This document shows positions 26,331 to 31,440 of a stretch of 31,440 nt of DNA, in pieces. A model generated the notes under the pieces. It was given only the letters and a program-made list of their open reading frames with translations, did no database searches and had not been told where the DNA came from. The position numbers and the translations under genes were made by a program. Each line of letters starts with the position of its first letter. Positions within the stretch are counted from its first letter, which is position 1. Source of the DNA: Candidatus Zixiibacteriota bacterium (GTDB lineage Bacteria > Zixibacteria > MSB-5A5 > GN15 > FEB-12); the NCBI GenBank assembly GCA_041742355.1, contig JBGSIV010000284.1:1-31440 (forward strand), read 5' to 3'.

Positions 26331-27326
26331 ATGGACCAGCGATCGCAGCGGATTTTCGAAGAGCGTCGGGAGGGAATTCTGGCGCAGGTGGGTGGGTTAT
26401 GGGGAGTAGAGGTGGACAAGATTGTGACGCTCGGCGGGTTTGAGAGCTACGTTTTCGAAGCGCCATACAATGGGCAGGGGCATATTCTCCGGCTGACCCA
26501 TTCGCTGCACCGGACGGTGGAGCAGGTGGAGGGGGAGTTGGATTGGGTCAGATTTCTGGCGGAGCGGCGTGTTCCAGTGGCGGGGCCGGTTGAGTCGAAG
26601 GCCGGTCGTCTGGTCGAGGTTATTGATCTGGGAGAGTCCTTTTTCACGGCGGCGCTGTTTGAGAAAGCACCGGGGCGCCGGCCGACAGCGGCGGATTTCG
26701 GGGATGATTTCTACCGAACCTGGGGGGAGATGGCGGGGCGCCTTCACGCGGCGACTCGCATCTATGTGCCGGAGAAGCCCGACGGTGGGCGTTACCATTG
26801 GTACGAGGATCCGACCGGAGATATGGAGAGCTACCGGGGAGTGGTGAGCGACCGGGTGATTGCGCGCGGGGAAGACGTGATAGCGCAGATACGGGCGTTT
26901 GCCGCCGATAGTTCGTGCTACGGGATGATCCACAATGACCTGCACCCGGGGAACTTCTTTGTCGACAACGGGCGGCTGACGGCGTTCGATTTCGACGACT
27001 GCCACTATGCGTTTTTCGCCAACGACATCGCGATGGCGTTGTTCTACGCCCTGCGCTGGCCGGGGCGACCGGGGACCGACTCGAGCTTCACGCAGGAATT
27101 CCTCGGCCGATTCCTGGAGGGGTATACCTGCCACACTGGGGTTACGAAAGAGTGGCTGGCGCGGATTCCGTACTTCCTGAAGCTGCGGGAGATTGACCTG
27201 TACTGTGTGATTATCGCGCACCTCGGATTTCAGGAAGATGGGTGGGTGGGCGACTTCCTCCGGGGCCGGGCCGAACGGATTGAACAGAATGTGCCGGTGG
27301 TGGAAGTCGATTTCGTGGCGTTGTGA
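26331..27326 (+). CDS. APH/type II homoserine kinase-like phosphotransferase (YerI/AmiN-like)
   Basis: ILRLTH, EL.WV.FL, Brenner motif HNDLHPGN, DFDD and DIA. GGAGGA RBS before ATG 26331. Confidence 0.88.
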   Translation: MDQRSQRIFEERREGILAQVGGLWGVEVDKIVTLGGFESYVFEAPYNGQGHILRLTHSLHRTVEQVEGELDWVRFLAERRVPVAGPVESKAGRLVEVIDLGESFFTAALFEKAPGRRPTAADFGDDFYRTWGEMAGRLHAATRIYVPEKPDGGRYHWYEDPTGDMESYRGVVSDRVIARGEDVIAQIRAFAADSSCYGMIHNDLHPGNFFVDNGRLTAFDFDDCHYAFFANDIAMALFYALRWPGRPGTDSSFTQEFLGRFLEGYTCHTGVTKEWLARIPYFLKLREIDLYCVIIAHLGFQEDGWVGDFLRGRAERIEQNVPVVEVDFVAL

Positions 27327-27331
27327 GGGGG

Positions 27332-28327
27332 CTACCGGCCCCTGCCGGATAGGGTGCGGCTGAGAGACTCCCATTTCTCAGCCAGGAGAGCAGTGGGAAG
27401 GGTCTTGGTTACCGCCAGAAACGACGGGCGCCACTGCCCGGCGATCATCAGAAAACACCCGGCGAGCAGGAAAATACCACCGACAGTCTCCCTGAGGGTG
27501 GGGAGCTGGTGCAGGAAGGTCAGGGCGATCAGGATGACCCAGATCGGCTGACTCTGGCTGATGACGGCGGCCTTGGACAGATCGAGGCGCTGCAGGGCCA
27601 TCACGTACAGCATGCGCGAGAGGATCGGACCGAAAAAGCCGAGGCCGATGACGCCGATCCAGACCTGGTCGAGGCCATCGAACGTCAGGTCGGTCGTGAA
27701 AAAGACGATCCAGTAGCTGACCGCGAGGAAGGCATTGCGCAGGTAGGTGAGAATCGAGGGCTCGACATGGCGAACCGCGATCTTGGAAACGAACTCAGTG
27801 ATGCCGAAGAAAAGTGAGCCGATAAGCACGAGCCAGAAGCCGGCGGAGTATTCGCCCCGGAGGGCGAGGCGCATTATGACAATGCCGGTGATGGAGAGGA
27901 CAGCCCCGACGGTCTCGATCGTTCGGAAACGTTCGCGCAGGAAGAAGATCCCGAGGAAGATGGCGACAAGCACCTGCGAACGGTTAAGGAACGAGGCCAG
28001 GGTCGGGTCCATCTTCTGGACGCCGGACCAGTAGGTCATGACGGCGACCCAGGAGGAAAGGGAGAACATCGCCAGCCAGAACCAGCCGGTCCGGGAGAGG
28101 CGGAAAGCGTTTTTGAAGCCGTTGCGGGGGAATATCCAGAGGGAGAGCATGAGGGTGCCGATGGAGAAGACCGTCGCGTTCATCAGGAGCGGGGAGATCG
28201 ACTCGAGGTTCCACTTGCCGATCACAGTGCCGGCGCCGGCGCCGAACGACGAGATAAGGGCAATGATGTAACCACTGCGGGGGGAGTGTTTCGTTTCTGA
28301 CGGCGTATGGTTGGATTCGACGGACAT
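27332..28327 (-). CDS. EamA/DMT family transporter
   Basis: Two EamA halves (LGIFFLRERF; SKAAVISQSQP..FLHQLP) and about 10 transmembrane segments. Start position uncertain. Confidence 0.85.
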   Translation of the reverse strand: MSVESNHTPSETKHSPRSGYIIALISSFGAGAGTVIGKWNLESISPLLMNATVFSIGTLMLSLWIFPRNGFKNAFRLSRTGWFWLAMFSLSSWVAVMTYWSGVQKMDPTLASFLNRSQVLVAIFLGIFFLRERFRTIETVGAVLSITGIVIMRLALRGEYSAGFWLVLIGSLFFGITEFVSKIAVRHVEPSILTYLRNAFLAVSYWIVFFTTDLTFDGLDQVWIGVIGLGFFGPILSRMLYVMALQRLDLSKAAVISQSQPIWVILIALTFLHQLPTLRETVGGIFLLAGCFLMIAGQWRPSFLAVTKTLPTALLAEKWESLSRTLSGRGR

Positions 28328-28432
28328 AGTATTAAGAGAATGCACTTCGGGGTGCGGTGGTTCGACAACTGCTCGGGAATCTATGAATTGGCTGGGCTTG
28401 AGACAACGGTGCAATTTCCAATGGCCTCACAA

Positions 28433-28462
28433 GGCGGGTCCGACATGATAGCCGGACCCGCC
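28433..28462 (-). terminator. Hairpin downstream of rsgA
   Basis: GGCGGGTCCG / CGGACCCGCC 10-bp stem about 20 nt after the stop codon; weak U-tract. Confidence 0.5.
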
Positions 28463-28481
28463 GTTCATGAGGTTCAGGCGC

Positions 28482-29558
28482 TTACCGGAGATTCGGCTTG
28501 CGTCGCTTGACGTCCTTGAGCATTGCGGCAAACCGCCGGCCGTTGGCCTTCTCCGTCTGCTTGCGCGCCTTCGAGTCTTGCTTTAGCGCAAGGAACCTAA
28601 GCTCTTTGCGTTGTTTGCAATAGCTCTCGAACCTATCGGCATCCAGGGAGCCGTCGGCAAGGGCCGCCTGCACTGCACAGCCGGGTTCGGCCTGGTGGTG
28701 GCAGTCGGCAAAGCGGCATTGGGTGGTAAGGCTCTCGATTTCCTCGAAAGACCTCCCGAGGCTCTCGTCATCGGCCCAGAGCTGCAGTTCGCGCATGCCA
28801 GGCGTATCGATCAGGAGCGCGCCATTGGGCAGGACGACCAGCTCGCGATGAGTTGTCGTGTGCCGCCCGCGAGCCAGGGAGTCGCTGACCTGTTGGGTCC
28901 GATAGCGCTCCTCGCCGAGGAGCCGGTTGATCAGGGTCGTTTTGCCGACGCCCGAGGAACCGAGCAGGGCGGCGGTTTGGCGCGGTCGAAGGAAGGGGAG
29001 CAGGGAGTCGATCCAGGAACCTTCGAGGGCACTCACCGCCACCACAGGAGTACCGGCAGCGATCAACTCGACCTCGGCTTTGATCTCCTCAAGGTCGGGT
29101 CGGAGGTCGGCCTTGTTGAGGACGATCACCGGCGAGGCGCCGCTGTCCCAGGCGGTCGTGAGGTACCGCTCGATCCGGCGGACGTTGAAGTTGGCATCGA
29201 GGCCGGTCAACAGCAGGACGGTGTCGATATTGGCCGCGACCACCTGGGCCTCGGTCGATTCGCCCGCCACCTTGCGCGTGAAGGCGCTGCGGCGGGGGAG
29301 GACGGCGTGAATCACGGCCAGGCTGCCGCCGGAAGGTTCGGCCGCCACCCAATCGCCCGTGGTCGGGTACTCGCTGCGATTCGCTGTCAAATGGCGGAAT
29401 CGCCCGGATACCTCGCCGGTTACCTCGCCGTGGGCGGTGATCAGGACACACCGCTCCCGGTGCTGCTTGATCACGCGGGCCGGGGAAAGGCCGTGGTCGA
29501 GGTGTGGTTGGAACAGGGCCGCGAATTGGTCATTCCATCCGAATTCTGTCAGATCCAT
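28482..29558 (-). CDS. rsgA: Ribosome small subunit-dependent GTPase A
   Basis: Circularly permuted GTPase motifs NKAD, GSSGVGKT, GRHTT and DTPG; Zn finger CRFADCHHQAEPGC; OB-fold motif GDWV. Confidence 0.95.
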   Translation of the reverse strand: MDLTEFGWNDQFAALFQPHLDHGLSPARVIKQHRERCVLITAHGEVTGEVSGRFRHLTANRSEYPTTGDWVAAEPSGGSLAVIHAVLPRRSAFTRKVAGESTEAQVVAANIDTVLLLTGLDANFNVRRIERYLTTAWDSGASPVIVLNKADLRPDLEEIKAEVELIAAGTPVVAVSALEGSWIDSLLPFLRPRQTAALLGSSGVGKTTLINRLLGEERYRTQQVSDSLARGRHTTTHRELVVLPNGALLIDTPGMRELQLWADDESLGRSFEEIESLTTQCRFADCHHQAEPGCAVQAALADGSLDADRFESYCKQRKELRFLALKQDSKARKQTEKANGRRFAAMLKDVKRRKPNLR

Positions 29559-29811
29559 CGTACGTAAGTCTCCTAAGGTTCATTCGGGTGCTCCGGAAGT
29601 GCTGCGGGTGGCCTGCTCCCTGCTTCAAGGGAACAGGACAGCACACGACGGCACAACAGCCGAAGCGTTTCGATTACCATGGGAGCGGGAAATTGGGCTC
29701 ACGCCCGGGGGAGTACAAACGACGAATCCTGAGGGGACGAGGTCTTCCTGCTCGGCCGGGAGCCGGGCAGGGGTACACTATGAGTCCGGCGCTAACGGTT
29801 GCCGGACAGGG

Positions 29812-29871
29812 TTAGGACCGGTGTCCCCGGATACGTGAGTTTCCCGCACTGTGAATTACAATGGCCAACAT
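29812..29871 (-). CDS. Putative leader peptide (uORF) MLAIVIHSAGNSRIRGHRS upstream of rsgA
   Basis: Strong AAAGGAG Shine-Dalgarno 9 nt before ATG 29871; 19 codons ending in TAA; same strand as rsgA. Confidence 0.55.
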   Translation of the reverse strand: MLAIVIHSAGNSRIRGHRS

Positions 29872-29944
29872 GAACTTTGTCTCCTTTCGTGAGTCAACCC
29901 GGAGGTTGACGTTTCGGGCTCGGCGGAGTCAGGCTTCGAGTACA

Positions 29945-30022
29945 TCACCCTTTGACTCCGCTCAGGGTGACGACCTGACTGGACATCAGGACGTCAAGCA
30001 CCCAAAGCGGTGCTTGACCTAC
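29945..30022 (-). repeat. Two REP-like palindromes
   Basis: 29945-29971 is the reverse complement of element D (25/27 identical to 11396-11422). 29993-30022 reads GTAG-GTCAAGCACC-N6-GGTGCTTGAC on the minus strand. Confidence 0.75.
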
Positions 30023-30092
30023 CGCTCAGGGTATACGATACATCATTTCGGCAAGTTGTAAAGAAAAATGACAAGTTTGGGCGAAGTAGGGA

Positions 30093-31109
30093 TCACGGTG
30101 GGGTCTGCTCTGTGACTTCGCGGCGACCGGCCAGATGGGATTCCATGCCGGCGACCGATTCATCTAAGCAGTCGCGGCCGCGGCATTTGATGAACGTGTG
30201 CAGGCGGGTGTCCAGCGGGGTCCAGCGTTCGGGGTCGTGGGATAGGGAGATGACGACGCTGGGGGTGCGCAGGGCGTAGGCGAGGTGGGAGATGCCGGTA
30301 TCGTTGGCGATGACGAGGCGGGCGTCTTTGACCAGCACGCCGAGCGCACCGAGGGAGGTGCGACCGGTCAGGTCGAGGGGGGCGTGCTTCATGCGGCGAA
30401 TGACCTCGGCGGTGATATCCCGTTCTGTATCAACGCCGGTGACGACAACATCGAAACCGTGATCCCGGGCCAGATCACCCAGGCGGGCGAAGTGGGCGGG
30501 GTTCCAGAGGCGGGCATCCGCGCGGGCCCCGGGGTGAACCACGACATAGTAAAGGCGGCGGAGGCGGAGATGGAGGCGGTTGAAATCCCGGTAGTCCTGA
30601 GGAAGGAGCGGAAATTTCAGGGCGGTCCCCTGGGTGGGAAGGCCCAGGAACTCCATCAGTTGCAGATGGCGGAGCAGTTCGGGGTTGGTGTTGGCGGGGT
30701 AGGGCATGAAGGTGGTGGAATCGGGGCAGTAGTTGCCTTCGCAGTAGTAGCCGGCGTACTGCTTCGCGCCGCAGAGCATAAGCAGGGGGTTGACGACAGT
30801 GCCGTTGCCGTGCAGTTGCAGGAGGAGGTCGAAAGACCTTCGCTGCATGCTGCGGAAGAAGCGAAGGGTGCGCGTCAGGTCGTACGGAGACTCGGGAAGT
30901 CCCGGAAATCCCGCGAATTGAATGAAATCATTAAAGTAATACTTGAAGCGTTTGGTCCAGGCTCCGGTCCAGGGAAGTCCTATGAGCGTGATCCGAGCAT
31001 GAGGGAACGACTGGCGGAGAGTTCGAATGGCAGGAATGCTGCACAGCATATCTCCCAGTTGCAGGGCGCGGAAGACGGCGATCGTTTCAATTCTGTCGGA
31101 GAGTCTCAT
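30093..31109 (-). CDS. Glycosyltransferase family 9 (heptosyltransferase-like)
   Basis: FRALQLGDMLC, HPGA...RLW, DLTGRTSLGAL and ANDTGISHLAYALRTP motifs. Confidence 0.9.
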   Translation of the reverse strand: MRLSDRIETIAVFRALQLGDMLCSIPAIRTLRQSFPHARITLIGLPWTGAWTKRFKYYFNDFIQFAGFPGLPESPYDLTRTLRFFRSMQRRSFDLLLQLHGNGTVVNPLLMLCGAKQYAGYYCEGNYCPDSTTFMPYPANTNPELLRHLQLMEFLGLPTQGTALKFPLLPQDYRDFNRLHLRLRRLYYVVVHPGARADARLWNPAHFARLGDLARDHGFDVVVTGVDTERDITAEVIRRMKHAPLDLTGRTSLGALGVLVKDARLVIANDTGISHLAYALRTPSVVISLSHDPERWTPLDTRLHTFIKCRGRDCLDESVAGMESHLAGRREVTEQTPP

Positions 31110-31440
31110 GAGGGCGCGCTCGGGCTTGCAGGAGTTCGGACACGTTATGCATCACCTCATCGGGCCGGATCGGATCCACGAAGGAGAAGGGGTGGTGGCA
31201 TGGAGATACGGTGCCATCCGCCTCTGATATCGCCGGGCCGGCCTGGAACGGGAAGCCCGCGCTGGCTATATCCATGCCGCAGCGGGGACAGCAGATCATC
31301 CAGGAGATCGCGGGGCGGTGATGCGTACGAGTGATCGGCGCACCGTTGATCATGTTACCGCACCAGTAGATTCCGACGGTGGAGGTCCCGACAGCGGCGG
31401 CTAGGTGGAGGGGGCCGGAGTCGTTGGAGATGACAACATC
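31087..31440 (-). CDS. Glycosyltransferase family 9, C-terminal part (start outside the window)
   Basis: Frame open from the window edge: DVVISNDSGPLHLAAAVGTSTVGIYWCGNMIN...; overlaps the next GT9 start by 23 nt. Confidence 0.85.
   Translation of the reverse strand, partial: DVVISNDSGPLHLAAAVGTSTVGIYWCGNMINGAPITRTHHRPAISWMICCPRCGMDIASAGFPFQAGPAISEADGTVSPCHHPFSFVDPIRPDEVMHNVSELLQARARPHETLRQN

Overview
GC-rich bacterial chromosomal window. The Cys-flanked 'SDLTYLVxYLFxGG' dockerin-like tails and FlgD/T9SS-A-like C-terminal domains suggest FCB-group candidate division Zixibacteria (inference). It holds about 20 CDSs. Four are large secreted modular proteins: VWA+FlgD-CTD, M28 peptidase+FlgD-CTD, a 14-blade repeat propeller+FG-GAP+dockerin protein, and a cohesin-like+7xHYR+dockerin protein. 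The rest are an S46 dipeptidyl peptidase, a DUF3524/GTDC1-like glycosyltransferase, a radical SAM enzyme, two EamA transporters, a MacB-type ABC pair, an APH-like kinase, rsgA and two GT9 genes. I found no rRNA, tRNA, CRISPR, transposase or reverse transcriptase. Three signals stand out. (1) The 11555-15727 surface-protein gene has near-identical 138-bp repeats that vary mainly at a few NNY codons, a C/G skew opposite to its neighbours, and flanking palindrome clusters that share identical 28-41 bp direct repeats, so it is a candidate diversifying, mobile binding cassette. (2) A possible non-cellulosomal cohesin-dockerin display system. (3) An unannotated 19-codon leader peptide with an R-I-R motif in a long structured leader upstream of rsgA.
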